Positions 10,070-19,748 of a stretch of DNA of 64,000 nt are shown piece after piece (the first letter of the stretch is position 1; the number at the start of each line of letters is the position of its first letter). The notes below the pieces were generated by a model. That model was not told where the DNA came from, did no database searches, and saw only the letters and a list, made by a program, of their open reading frames with translations. Both the position numbers and the translations under genes were made by a program. The stretch is from Bdellovibrionales bacterium (GTDB lineage Bacteria > Bdellovibrionota > UBA1018 > CAIMNF01), in assembly GCA_040380025.1 (NCBI GenBank), contig JBEIJY010000002.1:96001-160000 (forward strand). The letters are read 5' to 3'.

Positions 10070-10810
10070 ATGAAGGCATCCGGATCTTTTCGTCTTCTTA
10101 CGATGTTCATGATCGGGTTTCCGGTCATTTATCCGCTCGGTGCAGCGCTGGTGTTCCAGCTTCCGCTGAAGGGTCTGGGCGCGATCGTCCTGTCTCCTCT
10201 TTTTTATCTTGCCACTGCGCTTTGGATTGCAACCGGCACCGGGCTTCAGTCCTTCCGGCACTGGGCTTGGTATACCTTTTTGGTCGCACAGGGGATTGTG
10301 GCCTGGTTCAATGCCCAGATTGTTCTCAATTACAGTGAGTCTCCGATCAAGGGGTACTCATTCTTTCTGGTGTTTGCGCTTCAGTTCCTGTTCATCCGGT
10401 TCGTCTCGCGCGAGGTGCGGGTGCCTTATTTGTTCCCGAGAATCCACTGGTGGAAGAGCGGAATCGAGGCGATCCGCTCGCTCGAGGTCCAGTTCACGGT
10501 CATGAGAGAGTCTGAAATCCCGCTGAGCGGGCAGGTCCTCGATTTGAGCCCCCGGGGGTGTTTCATGAAAACCCCGCTTGAGTTCGGGGCGGGTGAGCAG
10601 GTTTCCATGCAGTTGAACGCCTACGGGCAGGATCTGGTCGTCAAGGGAGAGATTGTCTGGATCGCACCCAGTACCGTGACCCATCCGCGCGGGATCGGGA
10701 TCCGGTTCGAGGAGTTGGATCGGCAGACGAGGCGAAAAATCCGCACGATGGCGCGGTCGTTTGATCAAGAAAAGGAGCGTTCCGGTGGAACTTCAGTCTT
10801 ACCTTCGTGA
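10070..10810 (+). CDS. Membrane protein with C-terminal PilZ domain
   Basis: About 4 TM helices, then DLSPRGCF (D/NxSxxG) and GIGIRF. Confidence 0.8.
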   Translation: MKASGSFRLLTMFMIGFPVIYPLGAALVFQLPLKGLGAIVLSPLFYLATALWIATGTGLQSFRHWAWYTFLVAQGIVAWFNAQIVLNYSESPIKGYSFFLVFALQFLFIRFVSREVRVPYLFPRIHWWKSGIEAIRSLEVQFTVMRESEIPLSGQVLDLSPRGCFMKTPLEFGAGEQVSMQLNAYGQDLVVKGEIVWIAPSTVTHPRGIGIRFEELDRQTRRKIRTMARSFDQEKERSGGTSVLPS

Positions 10811-11252
10811 GGCGCTGAAACAGGCCGAAAAGGCGGGTGCCATCGAGGAAGTGCCCGTCGGCGCCGTGATCGTCCATGAGGGCAAGGTCATTGGAACCGG
10901 GTTCAATACCCGTGAAACCACGCAAGATCCGCTCGGGCATGCCGAGATCAACGCCATCCGCGTGGCCGCAAGCGCCTTGGGTTCGTGGAGGCTGCTCGAT
11001 TGCGATTTGTATGTGACGCTCGAGCCTTGTCCGCTTTGTCTTTCGGCCTGCCAGCAGGCCAGGATCCGAAAGGTCGTGTACGGAGCAAAGGACGAAAAAG
11101 GCGGAGCGATTTGCCTTGGGTTTCATGTTCATGATCATCCCAAGCTGAATCACCGGTTCGAGGTGATCCATTCCCCGATGGAGGAGTGCTCGAAGATCCT
11201 GAAGGACTTCTTCGCACGCCGCCGGACCGAGAAGAAGTCCACCCGTTCCTGA
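10785..11252 (+). CDS. tadA: tRNA adenosine(34) deaminase
   Basis: EVPVGA, HAEINA and TLEPCPLC motifs; GTG start at 10785. Confidence 0.9.
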   Translation: MELQSYLREALKQAEKAGAIEEVPVGAVIVHEGKVIGTGFNTRETTQDPLGHAEINAIRVAASALGSWRLLDCDLYVTLEPCPLCLSACQQARIRKVVYGAKDEKGGAICLGFHVHDHPKLNHRFEVIHSPMEECSKILKDFFARRRTEKKSTRS

Positions 11253-11310
11253 TCAAAAACAATCATTCTGCGCGTGCAAAGAGCCCTCGGGTTCATGCTA
11301 GGCTCCCCCC

Positions 11311-12606
11311 ATGGACGGTACGTTTCTCGATCGGGTGTTTCGCGTTTTGACCAGCCGAAGAATGGCCACGGTTCTTCTGCTCGGATTCTCCTCGGGCCTT
11401 CCCTTGGGTCTCACCGGCAGTACGCTTCAGGCGTGGATGACCCACGAGGGGGTCAATCTCAGGACTATCGGAATCTTCGCTCTGGTTGGCCTTCCTTACA
11501 CGATCAAGTTTCTTTGGTCGCCCTTCATGGACCGCTATGTTCCGCCCTTGTTCGGTCGACGACGCGGTTGGCTTCTGCTCACTCAGCTCCTCCTCGTGGC
11601 CTCCATCGCGGGCATGGCAGTGACCGATCCCAAGGAGCAATCGATGATCATGGCGACCATCGCTTTTTTGGTCGCGTTCTTTAGTGCAAGTCAGGACATC
11701 GTGGTCGATGCGTATCGGACCGATGCCCTGGCCCCCGAAGAATACGGATTGGGGTCGGGAGCCTATGTGCTGGGCTATCGGCTTGCGATGCTGATGAGCG
11801 GGGCGGTCGCGCTCATTCTTGCCGATCAGATGCCGTGGAAGCAGGTGTATCTCGTCATGGCTCTTTGCATGGGGGTCGGAATCCTGACCACGCTTTTTTT
11901 GGCGCCCGAGCCCGAAACCAAAGAGCCGCCTCCTCATAATCTTCGCGAGGCGATCGTCGATCCCTTGGTTGATTTTTTTTCGCGCCGGGGGTCGTTCGAG
12001 ATCCTCGGATTCATTATTCTCTACAAGCTCGATGTCGTGGTCGCGCTTGCGCTTAGTACGACGTTTCTTTTGCAGGTCGGGTTCTCGAACACGGATATCG
12101 GGGCCGTGAACAAGGGAGTCGGGCTCGTGGCCACCATTGTGGGGACTCTTTCGGGTGGAGCGTTGATGACGGCGCTCGGAATGAAGCGCTCTCTATGGAT
12201 TTTTGGGATTTTGCAGGGGGCGGGGAATGGATTGTTCGTGGCCCTTGCCCACTTTGGCAAAGTGTACCCGCTCATGGTGGGAGCGGTTGCGCTCGAGAAT
12301 CTCTTCAGCGGCATGGGGAATGCCGCTTACGCCGCTTTCATGATGAGCCTTTGCAATAAGAAGTTCTCGGCGACCCAATATGCGCTTTTGACGAGCCTGA
12401 TGGCCCTGACCCGGGTTCTTGCGGGATCGGCGAGCGGATTCCTGGCTGAGCGCCTGGGGTGGGAGCATTACTTCATGGTCGCGATCAGCCTCATGATTCC
12501 GGGGCTTTTGCTGCTAACCCGCTATGATCATTGGGCAACGCTTCGCGAAAAAGCGCTCGATGAGGGAGCCAATCCCGAAAAATGGGAGGTTGCTAAAAAC
12601 CGCTAA
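11311..12606 (+). CDS. ampG: AmpG family muropeptide MFS transporter
   Basis: LGFSSGLP, KFLWSP, GRRRGW, SASQDIVVDAYR and ATQYALL motifs. Confidence 0.93.
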   Translation: MDGTFLDRVFRVLTSRRMATVLLLGFSSGLPLGLTGSTLQAWMTHEGVNLRTIGIFALVGLPYTIKFLWSPFMDRYVPPLFGRRRGWLLLTQLLLVASIAGMAVTDPKEQSMIMATIAFLVAFFSASQDIVVDAYRTDALAPEEYGLGSGAYVLGYRLAMLMSGAVALILADQMPWKQVYLVMALCMGVGILTTLFLAPEPETKEPPPHNLREAIVDPLVDFFSRRGSFEILGFIILYKLDVVVALALSTTFLLQVGFSNTDIGAVNKGVGLVATIVGTLSGGALMTALGMKRSLWIFGILQGAGNGLFVALAHFGKVYPLMVGAVALENLFSGMGNAAYAAFMMSLCNKKFSATQYALLTSLMALTRVLAGSASGFLAERLGWEHYFMVAISLMIPGLLLLTRYDHWATLREKALDEGANPEKWEVAKNR

Positions 12607-12639
12607 ATTTTATCGGGTATTGGTCCGAACAGAGGAGGT

Positions 12640-13191
12640 ATGGTCGGACCCAAGGCAAATCTCCTTCGGAGAATCGGATCGAGCCTCGTCGACGGAGCCC
12701 TGGAGCTCACGGGGGGGCTCTTGGGTTCGTACCTCGGAGCCATGGTCGCGGCGCTCGTGACAGTCATGCACGAGGAGGCCGCCGCCGAGACCATGCAAAG
12801 CTCGATGAAGAGCGGTTTCGGGATCGGTTTTGCATTCTGGGCGCTCTCGATTTCATTCTTGAATCGGGTGCTGATCCAAGGCATCTCGCGCGCCTCCATC
12901 GGCAAAAAACTCTTTCATCTCGAGCTGGTTTCGGCCCGCGATTCGATGACCTGGGGACGGGTAACGGGACGCTGGGTGCTCTCGGTCGGATCGCTCGTCG
13001 TGCTCGGGGCCGGCTACTGGTTCATGCTCTTGAACCGCGAACGGCGCACCCTCCATGATTTGGTCGCAGGCACGGATGTGGTGCCCGCCTCGGGGGGCGC
13101 AGGCGCCGATTCCGCCCCCCTTGCCCCTGTGATCGAGCTGCGCCCGAAAGCGGTCACAGACGAAAACAAAGACGAGAAAAAATCAGCCTAA
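12640..13191 (+). CDS. RDD family membrane protein
   Basis: RRIGSSLVD, SIGKKLF and RRTLHDLVAGT motifs; SD GAGGAGG. Confidence 0.85.
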   Translation: MVGPKANLLRRIGSSLVDGALELTGGLLGSYLGAMVAALVTVMHEEAAAETMQSSMKSGFGIGFAFWALSISFLNRVLIQGISRASIGKKLFHLELVSARDSMTWGRVTGRWVLSVGSLVVLGAGYWFMLLNRERRTLHDLVAGTDVVPASGGAGADSAPLAPVIELRPKAVTDENKDEKKSA

Positions 13192-13499
13192 TTGCCCGTC
13201 ACGATCGTGCACATTTTTCCGTACACGCCGAGGATGCTCTTGTACTGATGATCGACCGAGCTGATCTCGGTGATCGCTCCGTTCTTCATGGCCGCCGAAA
13301 GAGACGCATCTCCCGAGGTAACCAGACCCACATAGTTTTGCGTGCAAGCCATGCCCCGTTTGCGGCCCGGCGGATTGGTGGTGACCATCACGCCCTCGAT
13401 GTGGTCGGTCAGGATGAGTCCGGGGGCGGTCGAGGAGCGCGGAGTCGCGCAGGCCGAGAGAAGAATCACAGGAAGAATCCAAAGAAATCGCATGCTCAT
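13188..13499 (-). CDS. TRL-like family lipoprotein
   Basis: Lipobox LSAC; KRGMAC..GLV.SGDAS..AAMKNGAIT.I..VD..CTIVTG pattern. Confidence 0.8.
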   Translation of the reverse strand: MSMRFLWILPVILLSACATPRSSTAPGLILTDHIEGVMVTTNPPGRKRGMACTQNYVGLVTSGDASLSAAMKNGAITEISSVDHQYKSILGVYGKMCTIVTGN

Positions 13500-13541
13500 G
13501 CCCTCATTGGAGCAGAAAACATACCCTGCGACAAGCGATGC

Positions 13542-13582
13542 AAACTGCCCCCTTCATCGAGCACAATCAAAGGGGGCAGTTT
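13542..13582. repeat. Short (internally deleted) member of the palindromic intergenic element family
   Basis: Perfect 13-bp inverted repeat AAACTGCCCCCTT / AAGGGGGCAGTTT; GCACAATCAAAGGGGGCAGTTT matches the end of the 18493-18689 element at 21/22. Confidence 0.75.
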
Positions 13583-13617
13583 TCAAGCCGTGGGGGGATG
13601 TGATAAATCGACCGAAG

Positions 13618-14667
13618 ATGCACGAGACGATTCTCATAACTGGAGCGGCCGGATACATCGGTTCTCATTTCGCCGAGGCCCTGATCGCAGCTCCGGAATG
13701 GACCCGAAAAAATCCGAAGCTCGTTTTTTTGGATGACCTGAGCTCGGGGCATCTGGAGTTTCTGCAAGAGCTGTCGGCCCTCGCCGTCGGTGCCGGAATG
13801 ACGGAACCCGTCTTTGAGCGCGTCTCTCTTCAGGATGCCGAGGGGGTGCGGACAGCCCTGCTTCGTCATCGTCCCGCTGCGGTCGTGCATTTCGCCGCGA
13901 AGATCTCGGTCGCAGAATCGGTGCAAAATCCGGATCTTTATTTTTTGAACAACGTCGAGGGGTCAAAGAACCTGCTCTCGGCCATGCGGGAATCGAATTG
14001 CAAGAGGATGATTTTTTCGAGTACGGCTGCGGTGTACGGCGCGGTTGAAGATCCGGTCCGGGCAACCGGTCCCTTGTCCGAGGAAACCTCCCTCGCTCCG
14101 ATCAATCCCTACGGCGAGACCAAGCTCAAAATGGAGCAAGAGATCGCCCGCGCCGGGGCGGAGTGGGGGCTTCGCAGTGTGGTCTTTCGGTACTTCAATG
14201 CGGCCGGCGCATCGGCCTCGGGACGTTTCGGAGAATGGCATGAGCCTGAGACGCATTTGATCCCGCTTCTTTTGCGCTCCATCGAATCGGGCAAGGCCCT
14301 CTCGGTTTTTGGGAATGATTATCCGACCCGCGATGGAACCTGCATCCGGGATTACATTCATGTGTCGGATCTGGCGAGCGCGCACCTTCTCGGGCTCATG
14401 CGGCTTTTGGTCGAGGAAGCCTTTGCGGGCGGAACGTTCAACCTGGGCACCGAGACGGGCACCTCGGTACTTGAGGTAATTCATGCGGCCGAGCAGATCA
14501 CCAAAAAGCGCGTGCCCTACGAGCTCAAAGACCGCCGAGCAGGTGACTCACCCGTGCTCGTCGCGGACTCCTCGCGGGCCCGCAAGGTTTTGGGATGGGT
14601 CCCCGTGCATTCCGGCATCGACATGATTGTTCGAACCGCATGGGACTGGGAGCAGAGAAAGAGTTGA
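13618..14667 (+). CDS. galE: UDP-glucose 4-epimerase
   Basis: TGAAGYIGSH, FSSTAAVYG, YGETK (YxxxK), RYFNAAGA and DGTCIRDYIHV motifs. Confidence 0.95.
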   Translation: MHETILITGAAGYIGSHFAEALIAAPEWTRKNPKLVFLDDLSSGHLEFLQELSALAVGAGMTEPVFERVSLQDAEGVRTALLRHRPAAVVHFAAKISVAESVQNPDLYFLNNVEGSKNLLSAMRESNCKRMIFSSTAAVYGAVEDPVRATGPLSEETSLAPINPYGETKLKMEQEIARAGAEWGLRSVVFRYFNAAGASASGRFGEWHEPETHLIPLLLRSIESGKALSVFGNDYPTRDGTCIRDYIHVSDLASAHLLGLMRLLVEEAFAGGTFNLGTETGTSVLEVIHAAEQITKKRVPYELKDRRAGDSPVLVADSSRARKVLGWVPVHSGIDMIVRTAWDWEQRKS

Positions 14668-14670
14668 TTC

Positions 14671-15069
14671 CTATTTCGATGCTTTGAATGCGTCCGCAAG
14701 GATCTGGTTTGCCTTCGGGCCGCATTCCTGGATTTCTTGATAGGGAACCGTGCTTCCGTCGGCTTGATATTGAATGTCTTTGATCACCCGGGCGAATTTG
14801 GTTCCGCTTGGAACCAATGCCTGGATGACGTCCGACGCAAAGTATCCGATGGTGTCTACGTCAATTCCCGTCCGAAGTTGCTTTCCGATCGATTCCTTCG
14901 AACCAACCACGATCACGGGATCGGTCGAGTGGCTCGGATTGCGGATTTCGATCTCGGAACCTCCGTTCACCAGAGAAATCTGAAAGGGTCCGCAAAGCGA
15001 ATCTTCAGAAGTCTGGGCGTGGGAGGGAGTCTGAACCAGGGCAAGAGACAGAAGAAATGCGGTAATCAT
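14671..15069 (-). CDS. Secreted hypothetical protein
   Basis: Signal-peptide-like MITAFLLSLALVQTPSHA; two cysteines. Confidence 0.6.
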   Translation of the reverse strand: MITAFLLSLALVQTPSHAQTSEDSLCGPFQISLVNGGSEIEIRNPSHSTDPVIVVGSKESIGKQLRTGIDVDTIGYFASDVIQALVPSGTKFARVIKDIQYQADGSTVPYQEIQECGPKANQILADAFKASK

Positions 15070-15161
15070 GAGCAGATTTGTACACTACTGCTTGCAGGCT
15101 GTCGAGAAAAACTGACACAATGCAAAATCCTGACAAACACTCGCTGGACTCAGAGCTTCAA

Positions 15162-15366
15162 GAAAATTGAGCCCTTTGAGAGTTCCTGATCAGTACGGTG
15201 TTTCGGGAAAGGGGCTGGGGAACAAAAAAGTTTTGCCGAAACACGCGAGCCACGAAGGCGAAAGCGAGGCCGGAGGACCCGGCTCGGAGGCAAAAACCTT
15301 TTTGTTTCCCAGCCCCTTTCCCAAACCACGGTACTGGGTCAAGCACACTCAAAGGGCTCAGTTTTC
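15162..15366. repeat. Long palindromic intergenic element, full copy 1 (MITE/REPIN/ERIC-like)
   Basis: Arms 15162-15237 and 15289-15366 are imperfect reverse complements; core shared with 18493-18689; GCTTCA flanks both sides (15155-15160, 15367-15372). Confidence 0.85.
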
Positions 15367-15461
15367 GCTTCACGCGGGGGATCTACTTCATTTGGAGAGC
15401 ATTTTCGTTGCAATTCGGGTGGGTTTTTTCTATTGTGCGCCGCAGAACGGTGAGGAGTTTT

Positions 15462-16019
15462 ATGAAAAATCCATTTTTTTCGTTGGCGTTGATCGGAATC
15501 GTAGCCCTTTCTCAGTCGGGAGCGGCCTTGGCCGATCCACAGGACCGCGAAAACCGGGCGCGAATCACTCTGAAGGTGATCGAAACCGACGCCGAAGGGC
15601 ACACCCGTACTCATAAAATCGGAAAGCGTTCCAAGGTTCTGTTTTCGAAGACCCCGAAGGGAACCGTTCGATTGGCGGTTGACCCCGCGTGGGGCCTGAC
15701 GGTGTTGGATCGGGTCGAGCCTGATTTCCAGCCCGGTGCATGGTCGATCAAGGGGCATCTTCCGCAATTGGTCATTGCCAAGCTGATCGAGCAGTCCTGC
15801 GACGTGGAGTGCCAGAGCGAGTATCTCTCCGTTCAGAATAAAATCGCCGAGCTGAAGGCAAGCACCGGATTTTCGGATTACTTTTATGCCGGAGCATTCG
15901 AGGTTTCGGGCCCGACCATGGGCTATCTCGACGATTCCAGCGAATTCGAGCTGAAGTATCGGCTTTCAGAAGGAACCGAGCTCGTGGTCCGCGTGGACCT
16001 TCGTCGCTGGTGGCGCTAA
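15462..16019 (+). CDS. Secreted hypothetical protein
   Basis: SD GAGGAG then ATG 15462; signal peptide MKNPFFSLALIGIVALSQSGAALA. Confidence 0.7.
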   Translation: MKNPFFSLALIGIVALSQSGAALADPQDRENRARITLKVIETDAEGHTRTHKIGKRSKVLFSKTPKGTVRLAVDPAWGLTVLDRVEPDFQPGAWSIKGHLPQLVIAKLIEQSCDVECQSEYLSVQNKIAELKASTGFSDYFYAGAFEVSGPTMGYLDDSSEFELKYRLSEGTELVVRVDLRRWWR

Positions 16020-16053
16020 CCGCTCAAACCGGGCGGATTCGAACCATTCCACC

Positions 16054-18426
16054 TTACCAATAGGGCACCGTCCGGTAGAACACCGAGGTGTCGAATCTTT
16101 GGGATGCCCCGAAGCCCCATTCCGAGGCCCGCTGGCTGAATCCCATGGTCATGAACAGCGTCTCATCGGCGAGGAGCTTCGCGCTCAGTTTCCGTTCGAG
16201 CGGGTCAGGGGAGTTCGGATCGAGAGTGATCGAATTCAAACCCTCTTTGAACTTCAGATGCCGGTTGTAGACGATCACCTCGATCGCATCTTTTTTGTGT
16301 CGTCTCGACATCGGCTGAATCCGAAAGTACAAAAACTCCGGCGTTTTGCTCAAATTGAAGTGAATCACGGTTCTTCCAAGCGCATCACGCGAAGAATAGA
16401 ACGACCGCACGAGGGCCTCGGGGTCTTGCGCGGTCCGTTCGGTCTCGGTTCCCATTCCCATCGATTGCGACGAGATCCGGAGCGTGTTTTCCATCGCGGT
16501 CGGCGTGTGCCCGCGCACCTGGATGTTCCCGAAGGCCGGATTCTGCGCCACCAAGAACCGTTCATAGGTGCCGTTCGGGAGTCCCTCCATCAGCAGAATC
16601 GGATACAACTCCGAACGCCCCTGATTGGCAAAAAGACGCGTGAGTGCCGCATGTTCGGCCTGTGCATCCCCGCGAAGAAAAGCTTCGCGCGCCTCCTCGA
16701 ACCAGCGTTGCTTGAGTCTCAGGCCGAGTCCCTTTGCACGGCGGTCGATTTCTTCCCACGGGGTCTCGAGGAAGCGCCGGAGGCCCGAGAGCTTGAAGGT
16801 CATTCCGAAGTAAAACGAGCTTCTTCCGTAAAACAGTCGTCTTCCCAGTTTTTTTCCCGGAGCGGGCGGCGCCCGGCGGGGAAATCGCGGAAAAATCCCT
16901 TTCAGTCCCAAATCGGTTTCGACCCGTCCCACGTACCGGTTCAGCGAGGCGGCCATGGTGTAAGAGTCATCGATGGAGTTCTCGGACATCAGCACGAACG
17001 AGTCCTCGAGCTTCTCGCGGAACGCCTGATCATCGATCAGAATCGAGGTGCGATGGGTGACGCGTTCCCCGCTTCCGACAAAATCGTATTCCCGCGAGCG
17101 GGACTTCACGGACTGAAAAAATCGCTTCTCTCCGTCCGGGAGTTCGATCTCGGTCGTGATTTTTTGCGAGCCCCGCGCGACACTGAACCGGATCACCGGG
17201 CTTGCACGCCCGCTGAATTCGGCGTTGTGGAGGTGCCGGTCGGTTTTTCGGCGGTACAACCGCTCGACCGGAGGTCGCCCTTCTTCGGGTATCATCGCAG
17301 AGAGCTCGCTTGACCGGATGAACGAGCCCAGCACCGCACGATGATACGCATCCCTTCCCTCGGGCGACTCGAGATCGTAGCGGTATCCGACATCGAGGCC
17401 GATCTCGCGCGCATTGGTCGCCGTGAACTGAAACGGCGTGATGGTGGGGCTCAGGCGTCCCACGGTGGTTTCGATGCTCGAACCTTTGAACAGAACAAAT
17501 CCTTGAAATACCCCCGGAAAGCCAAGTCTTGTTCCCGCCGTGACCTTGAGCTGATCGCCCTTCAGGCGGCTGATCCGGACTTTCGCGTAGCGATCGTCTT
17601 CTTTCATGATCGCGATCTGGTAACTGCCCGTAAAATGGAACTCCACGCCGACTCCCGCGTAGCCCTCGATCAGGGGTACGGGCGACACATTCCAGCCGAA
17701 ATCCCCCCCGAAGCCCGCGGTGCCCGAGACGGTGTAGCTGATGATCTCGTTCTTCTTCATGCGCTTCTTCACGCAGTTCGCATGAAAGGGGATTTTGAAG
17801 GGGAGCTTTACGAGATTCAACACATCCCGGAGCTTTACCCGCATCGCCGCATCGAGCGGACTGGAGTTCAGGTACGGGTTCAGGTCTTCGATGTCGGCCT
17901 CGTCGCCCGGGCCCGCGTTCTCGAAATCGAGGGCCTCCTTGGTGCGGGCTTTTTCGGGGCTCATCTGCCGGATGTTCCGGATCTCGAATGAGCCATCGAC
18001 CCCGAGGCGCATTCCGCCCACGGGGAACTGCAGAACCTGATCGGGAATCCGCTCGGGGGGGCCCACGGTCAGGTCCGCGCCGACGATGCGCGAAGCGAGG
18101 CGGATCGAGAACGAGTCGATCACCGTCCAGGTGTTCAGGGTGTCGTAGTTGTTGAAGATGTTGCGTCCGATGCGGACCGCGCCCGAGCCGATTCCGGGAA
18201 TGTCGCTGTCATACAGGGGAATCGAGGTGTTTCCGTCGAAGAGGGCGTTCACGATCCGGTATTCGAGGGCTTCGCCCCGGGTCATCGAGGATTGGTAGAA
18301 CTCCTCGGGCCAGGGTCTTGGCTGGAAGTCGAAGCCCGGCGGAGGAGGGCGCGGCACTTCGATTTGTGCGAGCGCGATCCCCGGCATGGCCAGCAATGCC
18401 GCAAAGAAAATGCGAAGCAAATTCAC
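16054..18426 (-). CDS. Large secreted hypothetical protein (790 aa)
   Basis: Long ORF; signal peptide MNLLRIFFAALLAMPGIALA; SD GGAGG; family not recognised. Confidence 0.75.
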   Translation of the reverse strand: MNLLRIFFAALLAMPGIALAQIEVPRPPPPGFDFQPRPWPEEFYQSSMTRGEALEYRIVNALFDGNTSIPLYDSDIPGIGSGAVRIGRNIFNNYDTLNTWTVIDSFSIRLASRIVGADLTVGPPERIPDQVLQFPVGGMRLGVDGSFEIRNIRQMSPEKARTKEALDFENAGPGDEADIEDLNPYLNSSPLDAAMRVKLRDVLNLVKLPFKIPFHANCVKKRMKKNEIISYTVSGTAGFGGDFGWNVSPVPLIEGYAGVGVEFHFTGSYQIAIMKEDDRYAKVRISRLKGDQLKVTAGTRLGFPGVFQGFVLFKGSSIETTVGRLSPTITPFQFTATNAREIGLDVGYRYDLESPEGRDAYHRAVLGSFIRSSELSAMIPEEGRPPVERLYRRKTDRHLHNAEFSGRASPVIRFSVARGSQKITTEIELPDGEKRFFQSVKSRSREYDFVGSGERVTHRTSILIDDQAFREKLEDSFVLMSENSIDDSYTMAASLNRYVGRVETDLGLKGIFPRFPRRAPPAPGKKLGRRLFYGRSSFYFGMTFKLSGLRRFLETPWEEIDRRAKGLGLRLKQRWFEEAREAFLRGDAQAEHAALTRLFANQGRSELYPILLMEGLPNGTYERFLVAQNPAFGNIQVRGHTPTAMENTLRISSQSMGMGTETERTAQDPEALVRSFYSSRDALGRTVIHFNLSKTPEFLYFRIQPMSRRHKKDAIEVIVYNRHLKFKEGLNSITLDPNSPDPLERKLSAKLLADETLFMTMGFSQRASEWGFGASQRFDTSVFYRTVPYW

Positions 18427-18492
18427 CCTCCCGAATGAACGATCCCGACAGCACCGTAAACCGGATTGATGTACCGAGTCGAGGGATTTTCA

Positions 18493-18689
18493 AAACTGCT
18501 CCATTTGATTGCGCCTCATTTGGAATTTGGGTTGAGAATGCACCCGAACAGAAAAACGATTTTGCCTCCGAGCCGGGTCCTCCGGCCTCGCTTTCGCCAT
18601 CCTGGCTCGCGAGAGTCGGCAAACTCCTTTTTCTGCCCGGGTACATTCTCAACCCAAGTTCCGATGGGCACAATCAAATGGGGCAGTTT
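18493..18689. repeat. Long palindromic intergenic element, full copy 2 (inverted relative to copy 1)
   Basis: Arms 18493-18566 and 18618-18689 are imperfect reverse complements; reverse complement of 18560-18623 matches 15232-15295 at 59/64. Confidence 0.85.
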
Positions 18690-18705
18690 GTGGTATACGG
18701 CCTCG

Positions 18706-19662
18706 ATGGAATTTCAAATCCTGATGACCAATCTCACGAATCCGACTCTTTTGTTTTTTGTTCTCGGTGCCTTTGCGGCACTCGTAAAGAGCGATCTCGA
18801 GATCCCTCCCCACACGATCAAGTTCATCTCGCTCTATTTGTTGTTCTCGATCGGATTCCGAGGCGGGCAGGAGCTCGCGCACAGCGGCTTCACCACCGAG
18901 GTCCTGCTGGCCCTCGGCTTTGGCGTCGTGCTGGCGACCGTGATTCCGATTTTCTTGTTTTTTGCGCTCAAAAGACGATTCTCGGTGGCCGATGCCGGCG
19001 CCATTGCCGCCACCTACGGATCGGTGAGCGCCGTGACCTTCGTGGCCGCGAACTCGTTTTTGGAGTTTCAGGGTCTCCATGCCGGGGGGCACATGGTGGC
19101 AGTCATGGCCGCGATGGAGGCTCCCGCGATCATCGTCGGGGTTTCGCTGATCAGCTGGTACGACCGGAGTACGCCGGTGTCGTTCAAGACGGTGCTTCAT
19201 CACTCGCTCACGAACGGGAGCATCCTGATGGTGGTGGGGAGCCTCGTGATCGGTCTGATTGCCGATGCCAAGCAGGCCGAGGGGATCCGGCCGTTCGCTT
19301 CAGATATCTTCAAGGGGTTTCTTGCGATCTTTCTGCTCGAGATGGGCATGGTCACCGTGAACCGGATCCGGACCTTTCTGCGCTATGGACCAGTGGCCTC
19401 GATCATCTCGACCGTGGTGCCGCTCTTGAACGGGGGCGTGGTCGCGTACGTGAGCCAATGGGTCACGGCCGATCCGGCGAACCGGTTTATGTTCTCGATT
19501 CTCGCCGCGAGCGGGTCTTACATTGCGGTTCCGGCCACCCTCCGGCTCGCGGTCCCGAAGGCCGATCCAGGCCTGTACATTCCGATGGCGCTCGGAATCA
19601 CCTTCCCGGTGAACCTTACGATCGGAATGCCGTTTTATTTTTGGATCGTGCACCGTCTCTAG
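18706..19662 (+). CDS. Sodium-dependent bicarbonate transport family permease (SbtA-like)
   Basis: KSDLEIP, AIAATYGSVSAVTF, ASGSYIAVPA and LGITFPVN motifs; about 10 TM helices. Confidence 0.85.
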   Translation: MEFQILMTNLTNPTLLFFVLGAFAALVKSDLEIPPHTIKFISLYLLFSIGFRGGQELAHSGFTTEVLLALGFGVVLATVIPIFLFFALKRRFSVADAGAIAATYGSVSAVTFVAANSFLEFQGLHAGGHMVAVMAAMEAPAIIVGVSLISWYDRSTPVSFKTVLHHSLTNGSILMVVGSLVIGLIADAKQAEGIRPFASDIFKGFLAIFLLEMGMVTVNRIRTFLRYGPVASIISTVVPLLNGGVVAYVSQWVTADPANRFMFSILAASGSYIAVPATLRLAVPKADPGLYIPMALGITFPVNLTIGMPFYFWIVHRL

Positions 19663-19719
19663 GTTTAAAGGCCGATAAATTCGATCTGATAATCAAAGTT
19701 GATTCACGAATAAAAAAAC

Positions 19720-19746
19720 TAAAGGTTTCTGAACTCATGCCGAAAG
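19720..19746 (+). promoter_or_regulatory. Putative sigma28 (FliA)-type promoter
   Basis: TAAA-N15-GCCGAAAG versus consensus TAAA-N15-GCCGATAA. Confidence 0.6.
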
Positions 19747-19748
19747 GA

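Noticed and set aside
15167..15616. ORFs 15167-15616 and 18209-18673 sharing the peptide EGESEAGGPGSEAK / DGESEAGGPGSEAK
   Set aside because: The shared peptide is simply the translated palindromic element core, with no sign of real coding.
13542..18689. CRISPR array interpretation of the repeats
   Set aside because: The repeats are dispersed and inverted, not regularly spaced direct repeats, and there are no cas genes.
19671..19678. Perfect GCCGATAA as a second sigma28 promoter
   Set aside because: There is no TAAA-like -35 element at the 15-nt spacing.
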